Position numbers and translations under genes: made by a program. DNA of 64,000 nt, from assembly GCA_964016885.1 (NCBI GenBank), contig OZ024741.1, positions 45,818,001-45,882,000 on the forward strand. Direction: 5' to 3'. The DNA is from Eledone cirrhosa. Its lineage: Eukaryota. This document shows, piece by piece, positions 14,395-27,929 of this stretch (the stretch's first letter is position 1; each line of letters starts with the position of its first letter). The notes under the pieces are model-generated. The model ran no database searches. It worked only from the letters and a program-made list of their open reading frames with translations, and was not told where the DNA came from.

Positions 14395-15958
14395 ATGAAT
14401 TCAACCAAAATGAACTCTTCCACACTGAACGCCACTGACACCACCACCGCCACAATTGAAACTAAAATTAATAATAACAAAAATAACGATAACAACAACA
14501 GCAACAATGAAATTAAGAAAACTACCCTGAGTTTTGCCAGAGTAGCAAAAACGTGCGAAGCGATCCAGGTAACTCAGGAGGAATTAGAAGAAGCCAAAGG
14601 AATGGGAAAGAAAGATGGGTACATCCCCCCACCCACCCACCCACCACCACCCCAGCCCCACACACACATCCACACCCCACCCCACCTAATAAAATGGAGC
14701 ATCGTCGCCTATGCACCGTGTCTTATCGGACAATTAACATAAAATCGCGCCGAGTGGAACGGGCATCCGAGTCCCAAATCCAAAAAGCTTTGGGACATGT
14801 GTGGGCAAAAAAAACCCACATCAGACGTGGGCAGAAATATGGAACCGTGGACGTGTTCTTTGAAACACCACAGGAGACCAGAGAACACTCCATGGTCCCA
14901 TTAAGAAGTGACGACTTCACACTCGTCCCAAGCTATTGTGGCCAGAGACTTGTGAAGATCAGGGTGACCCACGTTCCACCGGCCATCGAAATTCCCTGGC
15001 TATGGCTGCCGTCCTCGCCGGAATCGAAGCCAACACCAAGATAATTGAAATAGCGAAAGAAAAGCAGGAGAACTGGTCCGGATCTGGGATGGAGCTCCTG
15101 ATCCAAGCGGACCATAAAAGCATTGAGGAGATCCCAGAGGTAACAGACCTCACTGACGGCAGCCACCTCACCGTAATCGTCGAGGGCAGAAGGCCTAGGT
15201 GTGTCGTTTGTGGTGAAGGAACCCACCTAAGGGCTTTCTGCCTTCAGGCTAAAAGGTTGAGGCCACCTCTCTTACCCACCCCAGTGACTCAACCATCAAC
15301 ACCACTAGCAGCAAAAATGGCAGCAACAACTGTAGCAGCAACAACAGAAGCAAATTATAACGACGAGGAGTGGGAAACGGTATCAGGAAAAAAGAAAAAA
15401 AGAAACCCAAAAAGAAAAAGTTCTCTTCCTTCCCCCTCCAAAAACAAAATACAGAGGGAAACAAATAAATTATCAAACGAAAAAGTTAGGACAGATATGC
15501 CACCATCCACACCAGCATCACCAGCCCCATCACCACAAACACCAACACCATCACCATCATTAACCCCAACACCACCATCACCAACACCACAAAAGTCACC
15601 AAAAAGCGTAACAGAAACAAACCCACATCAAACGCAAACAAAACAAAACAACCAAAACGATACACACTACACAGCATTAAATTTGAACAACAACCAATTA
15701 TTACATTACATGCAACACAACACGAACATCACAGAAAAAGAATACACAACAACCCAAAAGTTCACACCACCTCCACACATACAAATCACTCGCATCACAC
15801 AGAAAACGTACACGACACTAAAACAAAAATTCCCCAAAGACATCGGAGACTTCCGACAAACACTCTCCAGGAGGATTTATAAGGACATCCTTCCGGAGGA
15901 GGCCACAAGCAGTGAAAAGGATGGACAAACCATCCTTCCTCTACGAGAAGTAAGGTAA
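14395..15958 (+). pseudogene. L1/Tx1 LINE ORF1 (gag-like), frameshifted
   Basis: Pieces in three frames (14395, 14553, 14936 ORFs); CCHC knuckle CVVCGEGTHLRAFC; EEWETVSGKKKKR motif; directly upstream of ORF2. Confidence 0.75.
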
Positions 15959-18861
15959 GTGGTTTTTCCCATATTTTCCACTCCATTTCAACTTGACCTT
16001 ACTCAGAATAGGCAGCATAAATGCGCGTGGCTTGGGGTCGTCATGGAAGCAGGGCCACCTGCTCAACGACCTCAGGTCACTAAACATAGATGTAGTGGCC
16101 ATCAGCGAGACCAGAATCTCCGAAGCACGGGCCTTCGCACCGATTTTCGGCGGCTACGATGTGTACGCATCTCCGGCTACTGGAAGCTAAACGCGTCCTT
16201 ACCAGCGCGCAAGGCCTACAGAGACCAGATTAGCGAACTAGTTAAGCGGGCGTTGACGAGGGCCATCGTCAACAACAAGTGGTGGTTTGCTCTGAAAAGA
16301 GCAATTAGAATAGAGTCCATTAGGTTTAGTAAGGCTTTAGCAATAGAGAAAAATATAGCAGAGGGAGAATTAGTTAAAAATTAGACGAGGCGCTTAGCAA
16401 AGGCATCGTGACCGACGTACTTGCGGCGAAATTGGCCCTTGACCAATTCTTCAATGCAAAGCGCGAAGGCTGCGTTGTCAGAGCTAGGGTGCGTGTTCTC
16501 AGACACGAGAGAACGGAAGCCGTTCAATGGGCCCGAGTGGCGGAGGCGCGTCGTGGCAATAAAGCCACGATCCGGTCTTTGGTGGACCACAACGGGCGCA
16601 TGCTACTCGATCCCGGGCAAATGTGTGAAGCTTTTCAGCGACACTTCGCTCAGTTGTTCGGGGGCAGCGGCGGGCCGGATCGTGGGATGGACTTTAGTGT
16701 CTTACTTGACGGACTGCCACGGCTGTCGGCCACTGAGGCGGAATGTTGCGAAAATCCGATAACAGCCGCTGAAGTACGGGAGGCAATGACTAGCTGCACA
16801 AGGGGTAAATCGCCTAGTTTGGATGGTCTGCCCTATGAACTTTACGTACATATGCCAGACTTGTTCGGAGGCCTCTTGGCGGACGTCTACTGCAACTGGC
16901 AACAGAACAGGAGAAATCCCAGCTCTGTGAGACGGGGAGCTTTGGCGCTGCTGAGAAAAGATCCGAACAAGGGAGATAACGTAGATAATTTTAGGCCCAT
17001 AACTCTGCTAAACACAGAGTTCAAGATTTTGGCCAAGGTGCTAGCAAAGAGGTTGGCGCTTGTCGTTGGTGGTCTGGTGGGAGAGGCGCAGACATGCGCC
17101 ATTCCCGACAGATCCATCCACGACAACCTACACCTCATGCGATACATCGTAGAGAGGGTAGCTAGGGAACCTGGCACGGGTGGGTCCTTGATCAATTTAG
17201 GTCAGTCGAAAGCTTTCGATAGGGTCGACCATCGTTACCTAGCGGCAGTCCTCAGGGCGGCTGGCTTTTGGCCTGTCTTCAGAGGCTGAATCGCTGCCAT
17301 GCACAGCGACATCTGCTCTGTGGTGAGAGTGAACGGTCACCTTTCGGAACCGTTCAACATCATGCGCTCGGGCCGCCAAGGATGTACCCTCTCGCCCCTC
17401 TTGTACGTATTGAAATCTTGAGCCATTACTGCACAAACTGGAGACGTTGAGGGGGGTCCCGCGCGAACTAGGATGCGGAAGATCCGTGTCAGCATATGCG
17501 GACGATGTCACCGTAGTGGTGTCGAACGCCAAACACATCGAGGCGAACGGCACTACACTAAGAGAATACGAAGCGGTGACAGGAGCAATGATCAACCAGG
17601 AAAAGTCAGTGGGCCTGCAACTCGGCACCTGGAGAGGCAGTTCCATGCCGTCCAACAGCGTCGTCGGGCGCTGGACGGACGGACCGGTTAAATTGCTCGG
17701 GGTCTGGTTCGGTCCGGATCTCCAGACGGACAAAAACTGGGACGAGGTGACGAGCAGGGTGGATTCTCTCACCCAGAAATGGGCCGATAGGAAGCTATCC
17801 CTGAAAGCTCGAGTGGAGGTGGCTAACGCGTATATCGCGTCCGTCTTCTACTTCCGCCTTACCGTCGTACCTTGTCCTAAGCCCCGCCTGACTGCGCTGG
17901 AGCGTTTTCTCTTTCGCTTTTTGTGGAAAGGACGCGCTCCGATGGTCAGGCGGTCCATCTGCTGTCAACACCTGCTAGGTGGAGGGCTGGGAATGCCGTG
18001 GCTGATGATGCGCAGAGTCGCGCTCAGGCTACGACATCTCCACCTCTTCCTCGACGGTGATCAGGTGTGGTCGCCGTTTGCTAGACGCGTCTTTCCCCAT
18101 TCGTCTCCTTGACGGAGCTGCAGTCCTGGGTCAAGCGAAGACCGAGAGGGAACGCTTGGAGACTGGAATGTCTTCAGGCGCTCACAGCCCGCGACCAATC
18201 GGGCAATCTGATCGGTGGAAACTCCACCTTGGCGTTCTATAGAGGATTAGTGGAGGGGAAGAGCGACGACGTACTTGGGGAAACTCTAGGCGTCGACGAA
18301 AATCAACTAGCCAATCTCTTCGGAAGAACTTTCGGGTCGGGGCCTATGGACAACTTCCAGAAATGCCTGGCCTGGCAGTGCTACCGAAGAGCTTTGCCAG
18401 TTCGGGATAAACTCTACAGGCATGGAGGTGCCGTCAGCCGGGCATGTCCAAGATGCGCGCAGAGCTACGAAACCGTCCTGCACGCACTCGTCCAGTGTCC
18501 GAGCATTGCTGACTTGTGGGTTTATGTCGAACACCTGCTGTCGCGTGTAGGACGGATCCAGCTATCAGCTGAGTCCATCGTGAGGATTGCTCCGCCCTCT
18601 TCCTTTAGCCGGGAAGGGCAGGCAGTTTTTATCTGTCTGGTGGCCATGGTGAAAGAGATAGTATGGTGGACACGTTTGAAAGGGCTGAAGACGAGCACTT
18701 ACCTCTTCGGTGATGCCCTGATTAACTTTTTCAAATTTCATTTAAAAAGGAAAATCAGGGTAGAAAGGGAAGTGCTCTCTTCCCAGCATTTTGTTGAAAG
18801 ATGGGTGAGAGAGGCAAGAATGGCCCGAGTGAATGGGCCTACTCTGAGTATGTGTCTGTAA
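15959..18861 (+). pseudogene. L1/Tx1 LINE ORF2 (APE, reverse transcriptase, C-terminal Zn finger), disrupted
   Basis: LRIGSINARGL and VAISET (APE N-terminus) joined straight to GYWKLN, so most of the APE is deleted at ~16175; KSPSLDG, NFRPITLLN, KAFDRV, AYADD; CPRC...HALVQC. Several frameshifts and stops. Confidence 0.92.
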
Positions 18862-19113
18862 ATTAAAGGTGGAAAACTGGGAGAGGACACTTGCCCTGGT
18901 GGTCAGGGTCACTGTGGCTTTTTAATGGGCTTTCTCCACGAATGTCCCTCGGAAGTCTCCCCCCTATTGGGGAATTTTTTCATTGTTCTATTATTACATC
19001 CTCTGTTTCTTGTTTTTTTCACACGCAGAAATGCCCATTAGTACCGTCCCGTATTGTCCTCTACTGTCCTTAATGTCTACTTTATTTAAACCCTTGTGGT
19101 TAATAAAGAAAGC

Positions 19114-19246
<133 letters not shown>

Positions 19247-19403
19247 CAATCATCATCATCGTTTTTAATGCCGTTGTTGATTTTTTTTATATCTCTCGCC
19301 ATTAGATTATTCCCTGTTCAGGCTAACAGCTACACACCTCACATCCCGATCAGGAGATCAGGACGTTTCCGATTCGAATCAATCGGGTGAAATAAAGTTG
19401 TTT

Positions 19404-19434
<31 letters not shown>

Positions 19435-19539
19435 AAGAAGAAGAAGAAGAAGAAGAAGAAGAAGAAGAAGAAGAAGAAGAAGAAGAAGAAGAAGAAGAAG
19501 AAGAAGAAGAAGAAGAAGAAGAAGAAGAAGAAGAATAAT

Positions 19540-19675
19540 GATTTCTTTATTAACCACAAGGGTTTACATAAAGTAGACATTAAGGACAGTGCAGGACAAT
19601 GCAGGACGGTACAAAACGGTACAAATGGGCATTTTTGCGTGTAAAAAACAAAAACAGAGGATGTAACAAAAAATA
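19540..19675 (-). mobile_element. 3'-terminal fragment of the same Tx1 family
   Basis: Reverse complement of ~18990-19110, between (AAG)n and (AAT)n. Confidence 0.85.
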
Positions 19676-19851
19676 ATAATAATGAGGGAAGAAGACGCAC
19701 GAGGTGACGGAGGTCATGAAATCGCTCCCGTAAGTTTTGAATTTTTAACATATTTAAATCATTTGTGAAATAACAACTCTTAGTACAAATGCTACGTAAA
19801 GCACCCGGCTTGAGCCCCAAAAAAATTCGGACCCAAAATATATTGTTATAA

Positions 19852-20823
19852 GGCTCAAATATTCAAATATTCAACTTTGTATTGTACACTGTATATCCAA
19901 AAAAAAATGGCTATAAATGGAAGAAGAAGAACACCCCCCCCCCCCTCCCCTCCTCTGGCTACACTATATAGGACAGCTAAACTCACCAACACCAGAAACT
20001 AGGTACACCACCCACCCCATCATCTGTGTACACTAAACACAACAGCATTTTCACCTTCACCGCCACCGCTCACTACGGCCATCATTACCACCACTATCCC
20101 ATCACCGCCGCCACCACCCCTTGACTCCTTCACTGCTGCTGCCACCGCTACAGCACCATCACTACAGTAATACGGCTCAAATATTCAAATATTCAACTTT
20201 GTATTGTACACTGTATATCCCCAAAAAAAAAATAAAATGGCTATAAATGGAAGAAGAAGAACCCCCCCCTCCTCTCCTCTGGCTACACTATATAGGACAG
20301 CGAAACTCACCAACACCAGAAACTAGATACACCACCCACCCCATCATCTGTGTACACTAAACACAACAGCATTTTCACCTTCACCGCCACCGCTCACTAC
20401 GGCCATCATTACCACCACTATCCCATCACCGCCGCCACCACCCCTTGACTCCTTCACTGCTGCTGCCACCGCTACAGCACCATCACTACAGTAATACGGC
20501 TCAAATATTCAAATATTCAACTTTGTATTGTACACTGTATATCCAAAAAAAAAATAAAATGGCTATAAATGGAAGAAGAAGAACCCCCCCCCCTCCTCTC
20601 CTCTGGCTACACTATATAGGACAGCGAAACTCACCAACACCAGAAACTAGATACACCACCCACCCCATCATCTGTGTACACTAAACACAACAGCATTTTC
20701 ACCTTCACCGCCACCGCTCACTACGGCCATCATTACCACCACTATCCCATCACCGCCGCCACCACCCCCTGACTCCTTCACTGCTGCTGCCACCGCTACA
20801 GCACCATCACTACAGTAATACGG
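19852..20823. repeat. Three near-identical tandem units of 322-324 bp
   Basis: ggctcaaatattcaaatattc starts at 19852, 20174 and 20498. Confidence 0.95.
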
Positions 20824-21249
20824 TCGCATCACCGCCACCACTGCCTCGGTACCGACATCACCACCACCACTGTCTCAGTATCGCCAACGCCGCCAGTCTC
20901 TGCTGGCTACCACTTCCACATTATAGAATTCCTACTACTAACAAAGAGGAAGGCATCAAAATATATAGATAGACTCAAAAGAAAAAAGAAAAAACAAACA
21001 ACAAAAGCAGCACAGCAACAACAGTAAAAAACGAGAAAAACAGAGAAAAACAAAAACAAAAAAAGAAACCCCAAAAACGTAAAGAAAATAAGAATGAAGA
21101 GAGAAGCAGGCGGACGGACAGAGAAGAGGGGGGAAAAAGTAAAACTTAAAAAACAAAAACTAAGTCAGACATTCGAATACTACATTACAATGAAACTTAT
21201 GCTTATTCATTTTTGGGGCCCTTTCTGCCCGTGTGTTTGTTTGTATATG

Positions 21250-24200
21250 TGTGTCCGTATACAGCGTGGTGATAATGCCACACAAGGGCCAAGTGGGATG
21301 GCGGATCCACAGATGGCTATGTAAACATACATTCGCCAATCCTCGATAAGAGTGTTTAAATATCGAACATAAACAGTTCGAATAACGGTGAAATGGAGAC
21401 TAGAACGTCATGTGACAGACTCTCACCCAACAGGTGCCCCCTGGCTCAGCAGCAGGAACCTGACTGTCAACCAAATACTGCTGATGTTGGAGGAAGAAGA
21501 AGAAGGAAAGGGGCCAGAACCACCTGGACGAAAGAATTGAATAGAACTGTTATGCAATGCTACCTGAAAAGTAACCCCAAGGAGAGGGGCTACAGGAGAC
21601 GGATGCATAACATCTGGAACGAGATTGGTTTATTTAAATTAGATGAACAAAAATTGGCCGGGCAGGCTCGGGTAATAAGAACTAATGGGTGGATAAGCGA
21701 GCTGGAACTGGAGGAACTGAGCAGAGAGAATGGCTTGGAGATGGCGGGTGTAGTATGCCAGACAAGCGAGCCGGCGGGAAATGAAGGTGAGGAGGTCCTG
21801 AGAACGGAGGAACCACCCGAAGCAGACAATGATCTGAATACTGAGATAAATAATACCTGGAACAGAGATACGGCCACTGAGGAGATGAATGCTGACGGGC
21901 TAGGACAAGATTCGGTTGACATCCTAAATTTAGTGGTAGATGAGTTGAACAATGATAGTGGGAGACCTATGAACCTAAGATTTGTAGACAGGAAAAAGTT
22001 AAAAGAAACAACAGCTAAGGTAAACAAAGTCATCCCATACCTTGAGGCGAGGAGTCTTCACCAGTGCAACAATATCCTCAAAGCAACAGCAAATACGGTG
22101 AGGAAACTACTTGGTATAAAAGCGAGAGGAAACAACAGACAAGAAAGAGCAAAGCCGTGGTGGAGGAAGCGACTGAGTGGGCAAATCGGGGAAATGAGAA
22201 ATGACATAGGAAAGCTTGAGTCACTACTGAATGGGACACTAAAAAACATAGGCACTAAAAATAGACTGGAAATAAAATACAAAACTAGGAGTAAAAAGCT
22301 AAATATTATCATAGAGGAATTGAAGCAACGCATTGTAGCAAAGAGTGCCAAAATCAGGCGATACGAGAACAGAGTCAGTCAGTATAAACAGAACCGCATG
22401 TTCGACAACAACCAGAAGATGCTGTTTGGACAGCTTGAGGGGAAAGAAAGAGGCAACGACTTGATCCCTGGGGCGGAACAAGCTAAAACATTCTGGAGAG
22501 GAATATGGGAGCAGGATGTTAGACACAATGCCCAGGCAGGGTGGATTGAGACAGTACAGAGGGAGATCGGTGAGCAGGCACAGCAACAGACTGATTTGAG
22601 TATCACAGTTGAAACTCTTAAGGGGCAAGCCAAAAAGCTAACCAACTGGAAATCACCAGGCCCAGATGGTGTGCAGGGGTATTGGATTAAACATTTAACA
22701 TCCCTCCACCCGAAGCTGACGGCCATGTTCAATGACTGCTTGGTGTCGGGTGAGGTGCCAGAGTGGTTGACAAAAGGTACCACAGTTCTGATAATGAAAG
22801 ACCGAATCAAGGGTAATGATGTTACCAACTATAGACCTATCACATGTCTGCCTGTAATGTGGAAACTGTTGACGAGCATTGTGTCTGAGGAAATCTACCA
22901 TCACCTCCACACAAACAACTTGTTGCCGGACGAACAGAAAGGATGCCGAAAGAAGTCACGTGGTACAAAGGACCAGTTGCTTATTGATAAGATGGTAATG
23001 GGGAATTGCAGGAGGAGACACACTGATCTTGCCATGGGATGGATAGACTACAGAAAGGCATTTGACATGGTGCCTCATTCCTGGATCACCAAAAGCCTGG
23101 AGATCTTCAGGGTGGCAGATAACATCAGACAGTTGCTGGGCAGGAGTATGGGGTCCTGGGAGACAGAGTTGACATCAACTGGAGTATCCTTGGGAAGCGT
23201 GAAGATCAAGAGAGGTATCTTCCAGGGAGATAGCCTGTCCCCTCTGTTGTTTGTCCTTGCCCTGATGCCCTTGACCATTATGCTGCGAAAAGTGAGAGCA
23301 GGATACAAGTTGGGAAGGGGAGAGCTTACCATCAATCACCTCCTCTTCATGGACGATCTTAAGCTCTTCGGGAAAAGTGAGAAGGAGTTGGATGTGCTTG
23401 TTGACACTGTCCGTATTTTCAGCAGTGATATATGTATGCAGTTTGGTATTGGTAAATGTGGAGTCATTGTGATGAGGAGGGGTAGGTTGAGCAGAAGTAA
23501 CGGGATCCAGATACCAACAGGTGAGATGATAAAGGAAATTGACTCTGAGGAAGGATACAAGTATTTGGGCGTTCTGGAGGCTGATGGCATAAAGAACAAA
23601 AAAATGAAGGAATTGTTAAGAACTTAATACATTCGGAGAGTAAGGAGCGTATTGAAGTCACATCTGAACAGCAGAAATGCCATAAGCGCAGTAAATTCCC
23701 GAGCTGTGTCTATTATTAGGTACAGTGCGGGAATCCTGAGATGGAATGTTGCTGAACAAAAAGAAATGGATAGGAAGACTAGGAAGCTATTGACTATCTA
23801 CAACATGTTCCACAAGAGGAGTGATGTCGATAGACTCTACCTAAGGAGATCTGAGGGTGGAAGAGGTCTTATCAGCATAGAGGACTGTGTTCAGATGGAG
23901 AAAAACAACCTATACAAATACGTGACCTATAGTAAGGAGCCAATGCTCAGAGCTGTACTGAAGGAGGGGACAGTAGGCCAGGGGATACCCAAGGAGGAAA
24001 TAACATCAAGGAGGAAGAGCAGCCTTAAGGGAAAATCCCTTCATAGTACCTTCTTTGAGAAAACTGAATTTAGAGCTCCACAGACATGGAACTGGTTGAG
24101 AAGAGGAGACCTCAAAAAGGCTACAGAAGGAATGCTAATGGCTGCGCAGGAGCAGGCCCTCAAAACGAAGTGGTTGAAGCACCATATCTACAAGGAGGAG

Positions 24201-24871
24201 GCTAGCCCACTGTGCAGGATCTGTGGAGAGAGAGAGGAGACTGTGGCTCACATTGTGTCCGAGTGTAAACACCTAGCCCAGACCCACTATAAGGGCTGGA
24301 GACACGATGTGATGGGCAGGGTGATCCACTGGCACCTGTGCAAAGTAAACAATCTACCACATTCTGAGAAATGGTATGAGCATAGGCCAGAGGCGGTGAT
24401 GGAGAACAGTCAGGTGAAGGTGCTGTGGGATTTTAGGATACAGACGGACAAAAAACTGGAACACAATAGACCTGACCTGGTGGTTGTGGACAAAGAAAAA
24501 AGATCGTGCCTGATTGTGGATGTGGCCTGCCCGTTCGACACGAGAGTGCAAGAGAAGGAGAGGGAGAAAATTAACCGATACCAGGACCTAAAGTGGGAGG
24601 TGAAAAGGATTTGGAACTGCCATGAAGTCAAAGTGATCCCGATTGTCATAGGCGCACTGGGGACTATCTCCAAAGGTTTCCAGGGATGGTTAAAGAAAAT
24701 CGGCCCCTTCACGCTTTTTGGAACGCTTCAAAAGGCATGCTTGCTTGGAACGGCAAGAACCCTCCGATACGTCCTGAATATCTGAGGCTGCAGGTAGTGG
24801 CTTGATATTCAATCCAACGGACTTTCCAGTTAACCAACATCAATGACTGAGATTCAAGGAATAACAATAAC

Positions 24872-24907
<36 letters not shown>
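21250..24907 (+). mobile_element. R4/Dong-like LINE family 1, near full length, (TAA)n tail
   Basis: ORF above, ~75-bp 3' UTR, then (AAT)n. The 5' boundary is approximate. Confidence 0.9.
21393..24785 (+). pseudogene. R4/Dong-clade RLE non-LTR retrotransposon single ORF (~1130 aa) with one in-frame TAA at 23625-23627
   Basis: KSPGPDG, NYRPITCL, YRKAFDMV, GIFQGDSLSP, LFMDD, RLYLRRSEGGRGL, CRIC..HIVSEC, RHD, RPDL..DVACP and IVIGALG. The two ORFs are in the same frame. Confidence 0.95.
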
Positions 24908-25703
24908 TTCTTTATTAACCACAAGGGTTTACATAAAGTAGACATTAAGGACAGTGCAGGACAATGCAGGACGGTACAAATGGGCATTTCTGCGTGTAAA
25001 AAACAAAAACAGAGGATGTAACAAAAATAACAATGAAAATAACAATGAAAAATTCCCCAATAGGGGGAGACTTCGGAGGGACATTTGTGGAGAAAGCCCA
25101 GTAAAAAGCCACAATGACCCTGACCACCAAGGCAAGTGCCCTCTCCCAGTTTTCCACCTTTAATTTACAGATATATACTCAGAGTAGGCCCATTCACTCG
25201 GGCCATTCTTGCTTCTCTCACCCATCTTTCAACAAAATGCTGGGAAGAGAGCACTTCCCTCTCTACTCTGATTTTCCTTTTCAAATGAAATTTGAAAAGG
25301 TCAATCAGAGCATCACCGAAGAGGTAAGTGCTCGTCTTCAGCCCTTTCAAACGTGTCCACCATACTATCTCTTTCGCCATGGCCACCAGACAGATAAAAA
25401 CTGCCTGCCCTTCCCGGCTAAAGGAGGAGGGCGGGGCAATCCTCACGATGGACTCAGATGATAGCCGGATCCGTCCTAAACGCGACAGCAGGTGTTCGAC
25501 ATAAACCCACAAGTCGGCAATTTTCGGACACTGGACGAGTGCGTGCAGGACGGTTTCGTCGCCCTGCGCGCATCTCGGACATGCCCGGCTGACGGCACCT
25601 CCATGCCTGTAGAGGTGCCGTCAGTCGGGCATGTCCGAGATGCGCGCAGGGTGACGAAACCGTCCTGCACGCACTCGTCCAGTGTCCGAAAATTGCTGAC
25701 TTG
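24907..25703 (-). mobile_element. 5'-truncated Tx1 copy with a fold-back at its 5' end
   Basis: ORF 25165-25512 matches the Tx1 ORF2 C-terminus. Inverted repeat 25510-25601/25612-25703. (AAT)n on both sides. Confidence 0.92.
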
Positions 25704-25735
<32 letters not shown>

Positions 25736-25737
<2 letters not shown>

Positions 25738-26875
25738 GAACTGAATACATTCGGAGAGTAAGGAGCGTATTGAAGTCACATCTGAACAGCAGAAATGCCA
25801 TAAGCGCAGTAAATTCCCGAGCTGTGTCTATTATTAGGTACAGTGCGGGAATTCTGAGATGGAATGTTGCTGAACAAAAAGAAATGGATAGGAAGACTAG
25901 GAAGCTATTGACTATCTACAACATGTTCCACAAGAGGAGTGATGTCGATAGACTCTACCTAAGGAGATCTGAGGGTGGAAGAGGTCTTATCAGCATAGAG
26001 GACTGTGTTCAGATGGAGAAAAACAACCTATACAAATACGTGATCTATAGTAAGGAGCCAATGCTCAAAACTGTACTGAAGGAGGGGACAGTAGGCCAGG
26101 GGATGTCCAAGGAGGAAATAACATCAAGGAGGAAGAGCAGCCTTAAGGGAAAATCCCTTCATAGTACCTTCTTTGAGAAAACTGAATTTAGAGATCCACA
26201 GACATGGAACTGGTTGAGAAGAGGAGACCTCAAAAAGGCTACAGAAGGAATGCTAATGGCTGCGCAGGAGCAGGCCCTCAAAACGAAGTGGTTGAAGCAC
26301 CATATCTACAAGGAGGAGGCTAGCCCACTGTGCAGGATCTGTGGAGAGAGAGAGGAGACTGTGGCTCACATTGTGTCCGAGTGTAAACACCTAGCCCAGA
26401 CCCACTATAAGGGCTGGAGACACGATGTGATGGGCAGGGTGATCCACTGGCACCTGTGCAAAGTAAACAATTTACCACATTCTGAGAAATGGTATGAGCA
26501 TAGGCCAGAGGCGGTGATGGAGAACAATCAGGTGAAGGTGCTGTGGGATTTTAGGATACAGACGGACAAAAAACTGGAACACAATAGACCTGACCTGGTG
26601 GTTGTGGACAAAGAAAAAAGATCGTGCCTGATTGTGGATGTGGCCTGCCCGTTCGACACGAGAGTGCAAGAGTCCAAAAGTTTCCAGGGATGGTTAAAGA
26701 AAATCGGCCCCTTCACGCTTTTTGGAACGCTTCAAAAGGCATGCTTGCTTGGAACAGCAAGAACCCTCCGATACGTCCTGAATATCTGAGGCTGCAGGTA
26801 GTGGCTTGATATTCAATCCAACGGACTTTCCAGTTAACCAACATCAATGACTGAGATTCAAGGAATAGCAACAAC

Positions 26876-26907
<32 letters not shown>

Positions 26908-26917
26908 TAATAATAAT
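25736..26917 (+). mobile_element. 5'-truncated copy of R4/Dong family 1 with a 114-bp in-frame deletion
   Basis: Nearly identical to 23618-24900 but lacks KEREKINRY...GALGTI. (AAT)n on both sides. Confidence 0.95.
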
Positions 26918-27462
26918 CTAGCATTGTAGTTCAGTTGCTTTATCGTAATTATTTATATTTTGATGATCTATTTACACCTAACTACGCCATTTATTTCCAA
27001 TTTTTCCATTCTACTCTTACCATACTGACTATACTCTTACCATTCCTTCGTAACAAACCCACCCCCATTCCTTTACTATGCGTGTTAATACTTTCCTTAG
27101 TTTTTAGTATTTCCAACTCCGAATATATTTGTACCTGTCAATATGTATTTTATATATAATTTCTCTCAATCTAACTCACTATATTTCTGAATTAGAATGA
27201 ATATCTCTCTTTCTGACTATGTCTGGCTATTTCTACCCTTGGAATATGTATAATAGAATAAATATGGTTTTATAAATATAGTTTCCATTTATTTAATATC
27301 ATTGAATATTATACTCCAGAAATCTGTCGAGTGTTTTGAATTAGTTATAAACATTTATATATGTTGAATTACCAACAAATTGGATATCCCTTTTGCTTAT
27401 ATATATATAGTTAAAAAATGAAGATTAACATGGTTGGCTGTACAATAAGGGCTTAATTTAAA

Positions 27463-27573
27463 GTACTGACAATTGTTTCTTTGATCATGTGGGTCTAGAG
27501 TTCGCTAATTGCTTGAGGTTGCGTTATTCGATCTCCAATACATTATTCACCTCTGGTCAACACGTCAGAGTAC
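27463..27573 (-). ncRNA. Type I hammerhead fold with a long helix II insert
   Basis: Minus strand: GUACU-CUGACGU(A9U)-guugacca...ugaucaaa-GAAA-CAAUUG-UC-AGUAC, inside the (TA)n-flanked segment 27410-27905. Confidence 0.65.
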
Positions 27574-27929
27574 GTAGATATGATAGTAATTCACTCGAGG
27601 CAAAACTTATATATAAAAATAGCATATAATTAAAACAATAACATCAATAATAAAATATAGTATGATCTAAACAATAACATCAATAATAATACATGTATGG
27701 TAAAAAGGTAGACAAGTTACAGATGTAAAGAGTAAAAGTAAAATAGTAAAAAGTAAAAGTAACCTACATAGAAATTACCGCGAACTCGCTGTATAACTAT
27801 GGAAGCATCTTGTTGAGTAAAAAAAAGCCGTGCGTTAAAACTATCCATGACGTAGCGCACTCACAACCTCTAACTGGATTACCTATAGCGATAATTGTTA
27901 TCCCATATATATATATATATATATATATA

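Noticed and set aside
19852-20823. CRISPR-like array
   Set aside because: These are whole-unit tandem repeats without unique spacers, in eukaryotic DNA.
21423-24712. Antisense ORFs over the LINE coding regions
   Set aside because: They are shadows of the sense ORFs with no independent motifs.
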